From Nitrospirales bacterium (lineage in GTDB: Bacteria > Nitrospirota > Nitrospiria > Nitrospirales > UBA8639): a stretch of DNA of 64,000 nucleotides. This document shows, one piece after another, positions 49,001 to 63,400 of this stretch. The position numbers and the translations under genes are program-made. Each line of letters starts with the position of its first letter. Positions within the stretch are counted from its first letter, which is position 1. Under the pieces are notes generated by a model. That model was not told the DNA's origin, searched no databases, and saw only the letters and a program-made list of their open reading frames with translations. The stretch lies in the NCBI GenBank assembly GCA_965203295.1, contig CBDBCZ010000015.1, positions 992,001-1,056,000 of the forward strand. The letters are read 5' to 3'.

Positions 49001-52000
49001 AGAAAATCGTTAGTTTTGTTGGTCTCAGGCAAAAACTTTCACCAAAAGTAACTAGCTACCATTGAACTGACCCTTCCTAACTGTTTAGGAAAAGAACTGG
49101 TTATTCAAAGGCTTGTTTAGTTTGAATGATGTTAGTCTGTAGATTAGAAAAGAAGGATTTTATTGAAAATTGTTAGTTTTGTTTGTCTCTAGCAAAGACT
49201 TTAAGCCAAAGTAACTAGCTACCATTTATCTGACCCTTCCCAACTGTTTAGAAAAAGAACTGGTTATTCAAAGGCCTTTTTAGTTTTTTTTGATGTTAGC
49301 CTGAAGATTAGGAAAGAAGGATTTTATTGAAAAATTTTAGTTTCGTTGGTCTCTTGCAATGACTTTAGCTACCATTGATCTGATCTTTCCGAACTATTTA
49401 GAAAAAGGACTTGTTATTCAAAGGCTTGTTTAGTTTGAATGATGTTAGTCAGATACAATACATGCTTAGGAAGTATCGATGTTCAAGAAAGGAACTGGTT
49501 ATTTAAAGGCTTGTTTAATTTGGTTGATGTTAACCTGAAGATTAGGAAAGAAGGATTTTATTGAAAATTGTTAGTTTTTGTTGGTCTCAGGCTAAGACTT
49601 TCAGCCAAAGTAACTGGCTACCATTGATCTGACACTTCCCAACTATTTAGGAAAAGAACCTGTTATTCAAAGGCTTGTTTAGTTTGCTTGATGTTAGTCT
49701 GCAGATTAGGAAAGAAGTATTTTATAGAAAATCGTTAGTTTTGTTGGTCTCTAGCAAAGACTTTGAGCCAAAGTAACTAGCTACCATTGATCTGACCCTT
49801 CCCAACTGTTTAGAAAAAGAACTGGTTATTCAAAGGCTTGTTTAGTTTGAATGATGTTAGTCGGATACAATACATGTTTAGGAAGTATCGATGTTCAAGA
49901 CCGGAACTGGTTATTCAAAGGCTTGTTTAGTTTGGTTGATGTTTGTCTGAAGATTAGGAAAGAAGGATTTCATTGAAAATTGTTAGATTTGTTGGTCTCT
50001 GGCAAAGACTCTAAGCCAAAGTCACTAACTACCATTGATCTGACTCTTCCCAACTGTTTAGAAAAAGAAATGGTTATTCAAAGGCTTGTTTAGTTTGAAT
50101 GATGTTAGTCGGATACAATACATGCTTAGGAAGTATCGATGTTCAAGACCGGAACTGGTTATTCAAAGGATTGTTTAGTTTGGTTGATGTTAGTCTGAAG
50201 ATTAGGAAAGAAGGATTTCATTGAAAATTGTTAGATTTGTTTGTCTCTGGCAAAGACTTTAAGCCAAAGTCACTAGCTACCATTGATCTTACCCTTCCCA
50301 ACTGTTTTGAAAAAGAACTGGTTATTTAAAGGCTTATTTAGTTTGAATGATGTTAGTCATATACAATACATGCTTAGGAAGTATCGATGTTCAAGAAAGG
50401 AACTTGTTATTCAAAGGCTTGTTTAGTTTGGTTGATGTTAGTCTGAAGATTAGGAAAGAAGGATTTTATTCAAAATTGTTAGTTTTATTCATCTCAGGCA
50501 AAGACTTTCAGCCAAAGTAAATGGCTACCATTGATCTGACCCTTCCCAACTGTTTAGGAAAAGAACCTGTTATTCAAAGGCTTGTTTATTTTGAATGATC
50601 TTAGTCAGATACAATACATGCTTAGGAAGTATCGATGTTCAAGAAAGGAACTGGTTATTAAAAGGCTTGTTTAGTTTGCTTGATGTTAGTCTGCAGATTA
50701 GGAAAGAAGTATTTTATAGAAAATCGTTAGTTTTGTTGGTCTCTAGCAAAGACTTTGAGCCAAAGTAACTAGCTACCATCGATCTGACCCTTCCCAACTG
50801 TTTAGGAAAAGAATCTGTTATTCAAAGGCTTGTTTAGTTATAATGATGTTAGTCGGATACAGTACATGCCTAGGAAGTATCGATGTTCAAGAAAGAACTT
50901 GTTATTCAAAGGCTTGTTTAGTTTGGTTGATGTTAGTCTGAAGATTAGGAAAGAAGGATTTTAATGAAAATTGTTAGTTTTGTTTGTCTCTAGCAAAGAC
51001 TTTAAGCCAAAGTTACTAGCTACCTTTAATCTGACCCTTCCCAACTGTTTAGAAAAAGAGCTGGTTATTCAAAATCTCGATTAGTTTGAATGATGTTAGT
51101 CTGAAGCTTAAAAAAGAAGGATTTTATTGAAAATTGATAGTTTTGTTGGTCTCTAGCAAAGACTTTAAGCCAAAGTAACTAGCTACCATTGATCTGACCC
51201 TTCCCAACGGTTTAGGAAAAGAACCTGTTATTCAAAGGCTTGATTAGTTTTAATGATGTTAGTCGGATACAATACATGTTTAGGAAGTGTCGATGTTCAA
51301 GAAAGGAACTGGTTATTCAAAGGCTTGTTTAGTTTGGTTGATGTTAGTCTGAAGATTAAGAAAGAAGAATTTTATTGAAAATTTTTAGTTTTGTTGGTCT
51401 CTAGCAAAGACTTTAAGCCAAAGTAACTAGCTACCATTGATCTGACCCTTCCTAACTGTTTAGGAAAAGAACTAGTTATTCAAAGGCTTGTTTAGTTTGA
51501 ATGATGTTAGCCTGAAGATTAGGAAAGAAGGATTTTATTGAAAATTGTTAGTTTTGTTGGTCTCAGGCAAAGAATTTCAGCCAAAGTAACTGGCTACCAT
51601 TGATCTGACCCTTCCCAACTGTTTAGGAAAAGAACTGGTTATTCAAAGGCTTGATTAGTTTTATTGATGTTAGTCGGATACAATACATGTTTAGGAAGTG
51701 TCGATGTTCAAAAAATGAACTGGTTATTCAAAGGCTTGTTTAGTTTAGTTGATTTTAGTCTGAAGATTAGGAAAGGAGGATTTTATTGAAAATTGTTAGT
51801 TTTGTTGGTCTCAGGTAAAGACTTTAAGCCAATGTATCTAGCTACCATTGATCTGACCCCTCCCAACTGTCTTGGAAAGGAACTGGTTTATGATTCAATC
51901 ATTTGTTTAGTTTAAATGATGTTTGTCGGATACAATACATACATGCTTAGAAAGTAAGGGTTTTCACTAATAATTGGCACAATTTTAGCTTTATTGGTCT

Positions 52001-55000
52001 CAGGAAATTTTCAGTCAAAACAACTAGCTACCATTGATCTGACCCTTCCCAACTGTCTAGGAAAGAAATTTTTTTAAGATTTTATAGCTTGTTTAGTTTG
52101 AATGATGTTAGTCGGATACAATACATGCCTTGGAAGTATCGATGTTCAAGACCGGAACTGGTTATTCAAAGGCTTGTTTAGTTTGGTTGATGTTAGTCTG
52201 AAGATTAGGAAAGAAGGATTTCATTGAAAATTGTTAGATTTGTTTGTCTCTGGCAAAGACTTTAAGCCAAAGTCACTAGCTACCATTGATCTGACCCTTC
52301 CCAACATTTTAGAAAAAGAACTGGTTATTCAAAGGCTTGTTTAGTTTGAAATGTTAGTCAGATACAATACACGCTTAGGAAGTATCGATGTTCAAGAAAG
52401 GAACTTGTTATTCAAGGGCTTGTTTAGTTTCGTTAATGTTAGTCTGAAGATTAGGAAAGAAGGATTTTAATGAAAATTATTAGTTTTGTTGGTCTCTAGC
52501 AAAGACTTTAAGCGAAAGTTACTAGCAACCTTTAATCTGACCCTTCGCAACTTTTTAGAAAAAGAGCTGGTTATTCAAAAGCCTTTTTAATTTGAATGAT
52601 GTTAGTCTGAAGATTAGAAAAGAAGGATTTTATTGAAAATTGATAGTTTTGTTTGTCTCTAGCAAAGACTTTAAGCCAAAGTAACTAGCTACCATTTATC
52701 TGACCCTTACGAACTGTTTAGAAAAAGAACTGGTTATTCAAAGGCCCTTTTAGTTTTGTTGACGTTAGCCTGAAGATTAGGAAAGAAGGATTTTATTGAA
52801 AATTGTTTGTTTTGTTGGTCTCTAGCAAAGACTTTAAGCCAAAGTCACTAGCTACCATTGATCTTACCCTTCCCAACTGTTTAGAAAAAGAGCTGGTTAT
52901 TCAAAGGCTTGTTTTGTTTGAATGATATTAGTCAGATACAATACATGCTTAGGAAGTATCGATGTTCAAGAAAGGAACTGGTTATTTAAAGGCTTGTTTA
53001 GTTTGCTTGATGTTAGTCTGCAGATTAGAAAAGAAGTATTATATAGAAAATCGTTTGTTTTGTTTGTCTCTAGCAAAGACTTTGAGCCAAAGTAACTAGC
53101 TACCATTGATCTGACCCTTCCCAACTGTTTAGAAAAAGAACTGGTTATTCAAAGGCTTGTTTAGTTTAAATGATGTCTGTCGGATACAATACATGCCTAG
53201 GAAGTATTGATGTTCAAGACCGGAACTGGTTATTCAAAGGCTTGTTTAGTTTGGTTGATGTTAGTCTGAAGATTAGGAAAGAAGGATTTCATTGAAAATT
53301 GTTAGATTTGTTTGTCTCTGGCAAAGACTTTAAGCCAAAGTCACTAGCTACCATTGATCTGACCCTTCCCAACATTTTAGAAAAAGAACTGCTTATTCAA
53401 AGGCTTGTTTAGTTTGAAATGTTAGTCAGATACAATACACGCTTAGGAAGTATCGATGTTCAAGAAAGGAACTTGTTATTCAAGGGCTTGTTTAGTTTCG
53501 TTAATGTTAGTCTGAAGATTAGGAAAGAAGGATTTTAATGAAAATTATTAGTTTTGTTGGTCTCTAGCAAAGACTTTAAGCGAAAGTTACTAGCTACCTT
53601 TAATCTGACCCTTCCCAACTTTTTAGAAAAAGAGCTGGTTATTCAAAAGCTTGTTTAATTTGAATGATGTTAGTCTGAAGATTAGAAAAGAAGGATTTTA
53701 TTGAAAATTGATAGTTTTGTTTGTCTCTAGCAAAGACTTTAAGCCAAAGTAACTAGCTACCATTTATCTGACCCTTACGAACTGTTTAGAAAAAGAACTG
53801 GTTATTCAAAGGCCCTTTTAGTTTTGTTGACGTTAGCCTGAAGATTAGGAAAGAAGGATTTTATTGAAAATTGTTAGTTTTGTTGGTCTCTAGCAAAGAC
53901 TTTAAGCCAAAGTCACTAGCTACCATTGATCTTACCCTTCCCAACTGTTTAGAAAAAGAGCTGGTTATTCAAAGGCTTGTTTTGTTTGAATGATATTAGT
54001 CAGATACAATACATGCTTAGGAAGTATCGATGTTCAAGAAAGGAACTGGTTATTTAAAGGCTTGTTTAGTTTGCTTGATGTTAGTCTGCAGATTAGAAAA
54101 GAAGTATTATATAGAAAATCGTTTGTTTTGTTTGTCTCTAGCAAAGACTTTGAGCCAAAGTAACTAGCTACCATTGATCTGACCCTTCCCAACTGTTTAG
54201 AAAAAGAACTGGTTATTCAAAGGCTTGTTTAGTTTAAATGATGTTGGTCGGATACAATACATGCCTAGGAAGTATTGATGTTCAAGAAAGGAACATGTTA
54301 TTCAAAGGCTTGTTTAGTTAGGTTAATGTTTGTCTGAAGATTACGAAAGAAGGATTTATTTTATAATTGTTAGATTTGTCGGTCTCTAGCAAAGACTTTA
54401 AGCCAAAGTAACTAGCTACCATTTATCTGACCCTTCCCAACAGTTTAGGAAAAGAACTGGTTATGCAAAGGCTTGTTTAGTTTGAATGATGTTAGTCAGA
54501 TACAATACATGCTTAGGAAGTATCGATGTTCAAGAAAGGAACTGGTTATTCAAAGGCCGGTTTAGTTTGGTTGATGTTAGTCTGAAGATTAGGAAGGAAG
54601 GATTTTATTGAAAATTGATAGTTTTGTTGGTCTCTAGCAAAGACTTTAAGCCAAAGTAACTGGCTACCATTGATCTGACCCTTCCTAACAGTATAGGAAA
54701 AGAACCTGTTATTCAAAGGCTTGTTTAGTTTGAATGATGTTAGTCAAATACAATACATGCTTAGGAAGTATCGATTTTCAAGAAAGGAACTGGTTATTCA
54801 AAGGCTTGTTTAGTTTGGTTGATGTTAGTCTGCAGATTAGGAAAGAAGGATTTTATTGAAAATTGTTAATTTTGTTGGTCTCTAGCAGAGAATTTGAGCC
54901 AAAGCAACTAGCTACCATTGATTAGGAAAGAAGGATTTTATTGAAAATTGTAAGTTTTGTTGGTCTCTAGCAAAGACTTTAAGGCAAAGTAAATAGCTAC

Positions 55001-57441
55001 CATTTATCAGACCCTTCCGGACTGTTTAGAAAAAGAACTGGTTATTCAAAGGCCTGTTTAGTTTTGTTGATTTTAGCCTTAAGATTAGGAAAGAATGATT
55101 TTCTTGAAAATTGTTAGTTTTGTTGGTCTCTAGCAAAGACTTTAAGCCAAAGTCACTAGCTACCATTTATCTGACACTTCCCAACTGTTTAGAAAAAGAG
55201 CTGGTTATTCAAAGGCTAGTTATGTTTGAATGATGTTAGTCAAATAGAATAATCCTTAGGAAGTATCGATGTTCAAGAAAGGAACTGGTTATTCAAAGGC
55301 TTGTTTAATTTGGTCGATGTTAGTCTGAAGATTAGGAAAGAAGGATTTTATTGAAAATTGTTATTTTGTTGGTCTCTAGCAATGACTTTAAGCCGAAGTA
55401 ACTAGCTACCATTGATCTGACCCTTCCCAACTGTTTAGAAAAAGAACTGGTTATTCAAAGGCTTGTTTAGTTTGAATGATGTTAGTCAGATACAATACAT
55501 GCCTAGGAAGTATCGATGTTCAAGAAAGGAAGTTGTTATTCATAGGCTTGTTTAGTTTTGTTGATGTTGTCTGAAGATTAGGAAAGAAGGATTTATTGAA
55601 AATTGTTAGTTTTGTTGGTCTCTGGCAAAGACTTTAAGCCAAAGTAACAAGCTACCCTTGATCTGACCCTTCCCAACTGTTTAGGAAAAGAACTGGTTAT
55701 GAAAAGGCTTGTTTAGTTTGAATGATGTTAGTCAGATACAATACATGCCTAGGAAGTATCCATGTTCAAGAAAGGAACTTGTTATTCAAAGGCTTGTTTA
55801 GTTTGGTCGATGTTAGTCTGAAGATTAGGAAAGAAGAATTTTACTCAAAAATTGTTATTTTTTTTGTCTCTGGCAAAGACTTTAAGCCAATGTAAGTAGC
55901 TACCATTGATCTGACCTTTCCCAACTGTTTAGGAAACGAACTGGTTATTCAAAGGCTTGTTTAGTTTGAATGATGTTAGTCAGATACAATACATGCTTAG
56001 GAAGTATCTATGTTCAAGAAAGGAACTTGTTATTCAAAGGCTTGTTTAGTTCGGTTGATGTTAGTCTGAAGATTAGGAAAGAAGGATTTTATTGAAAATT
56101 GTTAGTTTTGTTGGTCTCTAGCAAAGACTTTAAGCCAAAGTAACTAGCTACCATTGATCTGACCCTTCCCAACTGTTTAGGAAAAGAACTTGTTATTCAA
56201 AGGCTTGTTTAGTTTTTTTGATATTAGCCTGAAGAATAGGTAAGAAGGATTTTATTGAAAATTGTTAGTTTTGTTGGTCTCTAGCAAAGACTTTAAGCCA
56301 AAATAACTAGCTTCCATTGATCTGACCCTTCCCAACTGTTTAGGAAAAGAACTGGTTATTCAAAGGCTTGTTTAGTTTGAATGATGTTAGTCTGAAGATT
56401 AGGAAAGAAGGATTTTATTGAAAATTGTTAGTTTTGTTGATCTCTAGCAAAGACTTTAAGCCAAAGTAACTGGCTACCATTGATCTGATCCTTCCCAACT
56501 ATTTAGAAAAAGAGCTGGTTATTCAAAGGCTTGTTTAGTTTTCTTGATGTTAGTGTGCAGATTAGGAAAGAAGTATTTTATAGAAAATCGTTAGTTTTGT
56601 TGGTCTCTAGCAAAGACTTTTAGCCAAAGTAACAAGCTACCATTCATCTGACCCTTCCCAACTGTTTAGGAAAAGAACTGGTTATTCAAAGGCTTGATTA
56701 GTTTTAATGATGTTAGTCGGATACAATACATGTTTAGGAAGTGTCGATGTTCAAGAAAGGAACTGGTTATTCAAAGGCTTGTTTAGTTTGGTTGATGTTC
56801 GTCTGAAGATTAGAAAATAAGGATTGTATTGAAAATTGTTAGTTTTGTTTGTCTCAGGCAAAGACTTTCAGCCAAAGTAACTAACTACCATTGATCTGAC
56901 CCTTCCTAACTGTTTAGGAAAAGTTATGGTTATTCAAAGGCTTGTTTAGTTTGGTTGATGTTAGTCTGAAGATTAGGAAAGAAGGATTTTATTTAAAATT
57001 GTTAGTTTTTTTGTCTCTAGCAAAGATTTTAAGCCAAAGTAACTTGCTACCCTTTTTCTGACCCTTCCCAACTGTTTAGAAAAAGAGCTGGTTATTCAAA
57101 GGCCTGTTTAGTTTTGTTGATGTTAGCCTGAAGATTAGGAAAGAAGGATTTTATTGAAAATTGTTAGTTTTGTTGGTCTCAGGCAAAGACTTTCAGCCAA
57201 AGTAACTGGCTACCATTGATCTGACCCTTCCCAACTGTTTAGGAAAAGAACTTGTTTTTCAAAGGCTTGTTTAGTTTGAATGATGTTAGTCAGATACAAT
57301 ACATGCTTAGGAAGTATCTATGTTCAAGAAAGGAACTGGTTATTCAAAGGCTTGTTTAGTTTGCTTGATGTTCGTCTGCAGGTTAGGAAAGAAGTATTTT
57401 ATAGAAAATCGTTAGTTTTGTTGGTCTCTAGCAAAGACTTT
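37063..57441 (+). repeat. Near-identical tandem duplication of a 10,160-bp satellite block (copy 1 ~37063-47222, copy 2 ~47223-57382/57441)
   Basis: Private markers recur at a constant offset of 10160: CCATCGATC 37141/47301, CTACC|AGGCTTGATT 38701/48861, CATTGATTAGG 44756/54916, AAGTTATGG 46761/56921, CTGCAGGTTAGG 47216/57376. Confidence 0.93.
41990..44127 (+). repeat. Tandem duplication, 1068-bp period (5A+3B minus 2 bp), nested in the 10,160-bp unit and repeated at ~52150-54287
   Basis: ACCGG at 41991/43059 and AACATTTT at 42143/43211. Both copies share the 2-bp deletion TTTGAAATGTTAG. Confidence 0.88.
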
Positions 57442-60400
57442 CAGCCAAAGTAACTAGCTACCATTGATCTGACCCTTCCCAACTGTTAAGGAAAAGAACT
57501 GGTTATTCAAAGGCTTGATTAGTTTTAATGATGTTAGTCGGATACAATACATGTTTAGGAAGTGTCAATGTTCAAGAAAGGAACTGGTTATTCAAAGCTT
57601 GTTTAGTTTGGTTGATGTTAGTCTGAAGATTAGGAAAGAAGGATTTTATTGAAAATTGTTAGTTTTGTTTGTCTCTAGCAAAGACTTTAAGCCAAAGTAA
57701 CTTGCTACCATTTATCTGACCCTTCCTAACTGTTTAGAAAAAGAACTGGTTATTCAAAGGCCTGTTTAGTTTTGTTGATGTTAGTCTGAAGATTAGGAAA
57801 GAAGGATTTTATTTAAAATTTTTAGTTTTTTTGTCTCTAGCAAAGACTTTAAGCCAAAGTAACTTGCTACCATTTATCTGACCCTTCCCAACTGTTTAGA
57901 AAAAGAGCTGTTTATTCAAAGGCCTGTTTAGTTTTCTTGATGTTAGTGTGCAGATTAGGAAAGAAGTATTTTATAGAAAGTCGTTAGTTTTGTTGGTCTC
58001 TAGCAAAGACTTTTAGCCAAAGTAACAAGCTACCATTCATCTGACCCTTCCCAACTGTTTAGGAAAAGAACTGGTTATTCATAGGCTTGATTAGTTTTAA
58101 TGATGTTAGTCGGATACAATACATGCTTAGGAAGTATCGATGTTCAAGAAAGGAACTGGTTATTCAAAGGCTTGTTTAGTTTGGTTGATGTTAGTCTGAA
58201 GATTAGGATAGAAGGATTTCATTGAAAATTGGTAGTTTTGTTGGCCTCTAGCAAAGACTTTAAGCCAAAGTATCTAGCTACCATTGATCTGACCCTTCCC
58301 AACTGTTTAGGAAAAGAACTTGTTATTCAAAGGCTTGTTTAGTTTTAATGAAGTTAGTCTGTTGATTAGGAAAGAAGGATTTTATTGAAAATTGTTAGTT
58401 TTGTTGGTCTCTAGCAAAGACTTTAAGCCAAAGTAACTATCTACCATTTATCAGACCCTTCCGAACTGTTTAGAAAATGAACTGGTTATTCAAAGGCCTG
58501 TTTAGTTTTATTTATTTTAGCCTTAAGATTAGGAAAGAAGGATTTTATTGAAAATTGTTAGTTTTGTTGGTCTCTAGCAAAGACTTTAAGCCAAAGTCAC
58601 TAGCTACCATTTATCTGACCCTTCCCAACAGTTTAGAAAAAGAGCTAGTTATTCAAAGGCTAGTTTAGTTTGAATGATGTTAGTCAAATACAATAATCCT
58701 TAGGAAGTATCGATGTTCAAGAAAGGAACTGGTTATTCAAAGGCTTGTTTAGTTTGCTTGATGTTAGTCTGCAGATTAGAAAAGAAGTATTTTATAGAAA
58801 ATCGTTAGTTTTGTTGGTCTCTAGCAAAGACTTTGAGCCAAAGTAACTAGCTACCATTGATCTGACCCTTCCCAACTGTTTAGGAAAAGAACTGGTTATT
58901 CAAAGGCTTGTTTAGTTTAAATGATGTTAGTCGTATACAATACATGCTTAGGAAATATCGATGTTCAAGAAAGGAACTGGTTATTCAAAGGCTTGTTTAG
59001 TTTGGTTGATGTTAGTCTGCAGATTAGGAAAGAAGGATTTTATGGAAAATTGTTAGTTTGGTTAGTCTCTTGCAAAGACTTTAAGCCAAAGTAGCTGGCT
59101 ACCATTTATCTGACCCTTCCCAACTGTTTAGAAAAAGAACTGGTTATTCAAAGGCTTGTTTAGTTTGAATGATGTTAGTCTGAAGATTAGGAAAGAAGGA
59201 TTTTATTGAAAATTGTTAGTTTTGTTGGTCTCTTGCAAAGACTTTAAGCCAAAGTAACTAGCTACCACTTTTCTGACCCTTCCTAACTGTTTAGAAAAGA
59301 ACTGGTTATTGAAAGGCCTGTTTAGTTTTGGTGATGTTAGCCTAAAGATTAGGAAAGAAGGATTTTATTGATAATTGTTAGTTTTGTAGGTCTCTTGCAA
59401 AGACTTTCAGCCAAAGTAACTAGCTACCATTGATCTTACCCTTCCCAACTGTTTAGGAAAAAAACTGGTTATTCAAAGGCTTGTTTAGTTTGAATGATGT
59501 TAGTCTGAAGATTAGGAAAGAAGAATTTTATTCAAAATCGTTAGTTTTGTTAGTCTCTAGCAAAGACTTTAAGCCAAAGTAACTAGCTACCATTGATCTG
59601 ATTCTTCCCAACTGTTTAGGAAAAGAACTTGTTATTCAAAGGCTTGTTTAGTTTAAATGATGTTAGTCGGATACAATACATGCTTAGGAAGTATCGATGT
59701 TCAAGAAAGGAACTGGTTATTCAAAGGCTTGTTTAGTTTGGTTGATGTTAGTCTGAAGATTAGGAAAGAAGGATTTTATTTAAAATTGTTAGTTTTGTTG
59801 GCCTCTAGCAAAGACTTTAAGCCAAAGTAACTAGCTACCATTGATCTGACCCTTCCCAACTGTTTAGGAAAAGAACTAGTTATTCAAAGGCTTGTTTAGT
59901 TTTAATGAAGTTAGTCTGTTGATTAGGAAAGAAGGATTTTTTTGAAAATTGTTAGTTTTGTTGGTCTCTAGCAAAGACTTTAAGCCAAAGTTACTAGCTA
60001 CCATTGATCTGACCCTTCCGAACTATTTAGAAAATGAGCTGGCTATTCAAAGGCTTGTTTTGTTTTAATGATATTAGTCAGATACAATACATGCTTAGGA
60101 AGTATCAATGTTCAAGAAAGGAACTGATTATTCAAAGCTTGTTTAGTTTGGTTGATGTTAGTCTGAAGATTAGGAAAGAAGGATTTTATTTAAAATTGTT
60201 AGTTTTTTTGTCTCTAGCAAAGACTTTAAGCCAAAGTAACTTGCTACCATTTATCTGACCCTTCCTAACTGTTTAGAAAAAGAACTGGTTATTCAAAGGC
60301 CTGTTTAGTTTTGTTGATGTTAGTCTGAAGATTAAGAAAGAAGGATTTTATTTAAAATTGTTAGTTTTTTTGTCTCTAGCAAAGACTTTAAGCCAAAGTA

Positions 60401-63400
60401 ACTTGCTACCATTTATCTGACCCTTCCCAACTGTTTAGAAAAAGAGCTGGTTATTCAAAGGCCTGTTTAGTTTTTTTGATGTTAGCCTGAAGATTAGGAA
60501 AGAAGTATTTTATAGAAAATCTTTAGTTTTGTTAGTCTCTAGCAAAGACTTTGAGCCTAAGTAACTAACTACCATTGATCTGACCCTTCCCAACTGTTTA
60601 GGAAAAGAACTGTTTATTCAAAGGCTTGTTTAGTTTAAATGATGTTAGTCGGATACAATACATGCTTAGGAAGTATCGATGTTCAAGAAAGGAACTGGTT
60701 ATTCAAAGGCTTGTTTAGTTTGGTTGATGTTAGTCTGAAGATTAGGAAAGAAGGATTTCATTGAAAATTGTTAGTTTTGTTGGCCTCTAGCAAAGACTTT
60801 AAGCCAAAGTAACTAGCTACCATTGATCTGACCCTTCCCAACTGTTTAGGAAAAGAACTTGTTATTCAAAGGCTTGTTTAGTTTTAATGAAGTTAGTCTG
60901 TTGATTAGGAAAGAAGGATTTTATTGAAAATTGTTAGTTTTGTTGGTCTCTAGCAAAGACTTTAAGCCAAAGTAACTATCTACCATTTATCAAACCCTTC
61001 CGAACTGTTTAGAAAATGAACTGGTTATTCAAAGGCCTGTTTAGTTTTTTTTATTTTAGCCTTAAGATTAGGAAAGAAGGATTTTATTGAAAATTGTTAG
61101 TTTTGTTGGTCTCTAGCAAAGACTTTAAGCCAAAGTCACTAGCTACCATTTATCTGACCCTTCCCAACTGTTTAGAAAAAGAGCTAGTTATTCAAAGGCT
61201 AGTTTAGTTTGAATGATGTTAGTCAAATACAATAATCCTTAGGAAGTATCGATGTTCAAGAAAGGAACTGGTTATTCAAAGGCTTGTTTAGTTTGCTTGA
61301 TGTTAGTCTGCAGATTAGAAAAGAAGTATTTTATAGAAAATCGTTAGTTTTGTTGGTCTCTAGCAAAGACTTTGAGCCAAAGTAACTAGCTACCATTGAT
61401 CTGTCAATGTTCAAGAAAGGAACTGGTTATTCAAAGCTTGTTTAGTTTGGTTGATGTTAGTCTGAAGATTAGGAAAGAAGGATTTTATTGAAAATTGTTA
61501 GTTTTGTTTGTCTCAAGCAAAGACTTTAAGCCAAAGTAACTTGCTACCATTTATCTGACCCTTCCTAACTGTTTAGAAAAAGAACTGGTTATTCAAAGGC
61601 CTGTTTAGTTTTGTTGATGTTAGTCTGAAGATTAGGAAAGAAGGATTTTATTTAAAATTTTTAGTTTTTTTGTCTCTAGCAAAGACTTTATGCCAAAGTA
61701 ACTTGCTACCATTTATCTGACCCTTCCCAACTGTTTAGAAAAAGAGCTGTTTATTCAAAGGCCTGTTTAGTTTTCTTGATGTTAGTGTGCAGATTAGGAA
61801 AGAAGTATTTTATAGAAAGTCGTTAGTTTTGTTGGTCTCTAGCAAAGACTTTTAGCCAAAGTAACAAGCTACCATTCATCTGACCCTTCCCAACTGTTTA
61901 GGAAAAGAACTGGTTATTCATAGGCTTGATTAGTTTTAATGATGTTAGTCGGATACAATACATGTTTAGGAAGTGTCGATGTTCAAGAAAGGAACTGGTT
62001 ATTCAAAGGCCTGTTTAGTTTTGTTGATGTTTGCCTGAAGATTAGGAAAGAAGGATTTTATTGAAAATTGTTAGTTTTGTTGGTCTCAGGCAAAGACTTT
62101 CAGCCAAAGTAACTGGCTACCATTGATCTGACCCTTCCCAACTGTTTAGGAAAAGAACTTGTTTTTCAAAGGCTTGTTTAGTTTGAATGATGTTAGTCAG
62201 ATACAATACATGCTTAGGAAGTATCGATGTTCAAGAAAGGAACTGGTTATTCAAAGGCTTGTTTAGTTTGCTTGATGTTAGTCTGCAGGTTAGGAAAGAA
62301 GTATTTTATAGAAAATCGTTAGTTTTGTTGGTCTCTAGCAAAAACTTTCAGCCAAAGTAACTAGCTACCATTGATCTGACCCTTCCCAACTGTTAAGGAA
62401 AAGAACTGGTTATTGAAAGGCTTGATTAGTTTTAATGATGTTAGTCGGATACAATACATGTTTAGGAAGTGTCAATGTTCAAGAAAGGAACTGGTTATTG
62501 AAAGGCTTGTTTAGTTTGGTTGATCTTAGTCTTAAGATTAGGAAAGAAGGATTTTATTGAAAATTGTTAGTTTTGTTGGTCTCAGGCAAAGACTTTCAGC
62601 CAAAGTAACTAGCTTCCATTGATCTGACCCTTCTGAACTGTTTAGGAAAAGAACTGGTTAATTCAAAGGCTTGTTCAGTTTAAAATGATGGTAGTCTGAA
62701 GATTAGGAAAGAAGGATTTTATTGAAAATTGTTAATTTTGTTGGTCTCTAGCAAAGACTTTTAACCAAAGTAACTAGCTACCATTTATCTGACCCTTCCG
62801 AACTGTTTAGAAAAAGAACTGGTTATTCAAAGGCCTGTTTAGTTTTGTTGACGTTAGCCTGAAGATTAGGAAAGAAGGATTTTATTGATAATTGTTAGTT
62901 TTGTTTGTCTTTTCCAAAGACTTTAAGCCAAAGTAACTGGCTACCATTGATCTGATCCTTCCCAACTATTTAGAAAAAGAGCTGGTTATTCAAAGGCTTG
63001 TTTTGTTTGAATGATATTAGTCAGATACAATACATGCTTAGGAAGTATCAATGTTCAAGAAAGGAACTGGTTATTCAAAGGCCTGTTTAGCTTGAATGAT
63101 GTTAGTCAGATACAATACACGCTTAGGAAGTATCGATGTTCAAAAAAGGAACTGGTTATTCAAAGGCTTGTTTAGTTTGGTCGATGTTAGTCTGAAGATT
63201 AGGAAAAAAGGATTTTTTTTTAAAATTGTTAGTTTTGTTGGTCTCAGGCAAAGACTCTCAGCCAAAGTAACTGGCTACCATTGATCTGACCCTTCCCAAC
63301 TGTTTAGGAAAAGAACTTGTTATTCAAAGGCTTGTTTAGTTTGAATGATGTTAGTCAGATACAATACATGCTTAGGAAGTATCGATGTTCAAGAAAGGAA

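Noticed and set aside
1130..63284. Repeated short ORFs of the MMLV..QERNWLFKGLFSLVDVSL type (1130, 4206, 6509, 7987, 10828, 11896, 13012, 14080, 32351, 60034, 63096)
   Set aside because: These are chance open frames through B+A monomers, open only where TAG/TGA stops have mutated. Most homologous monomers contain stops, the monomer lengths are not multiples of 3, and I recognise no domain.
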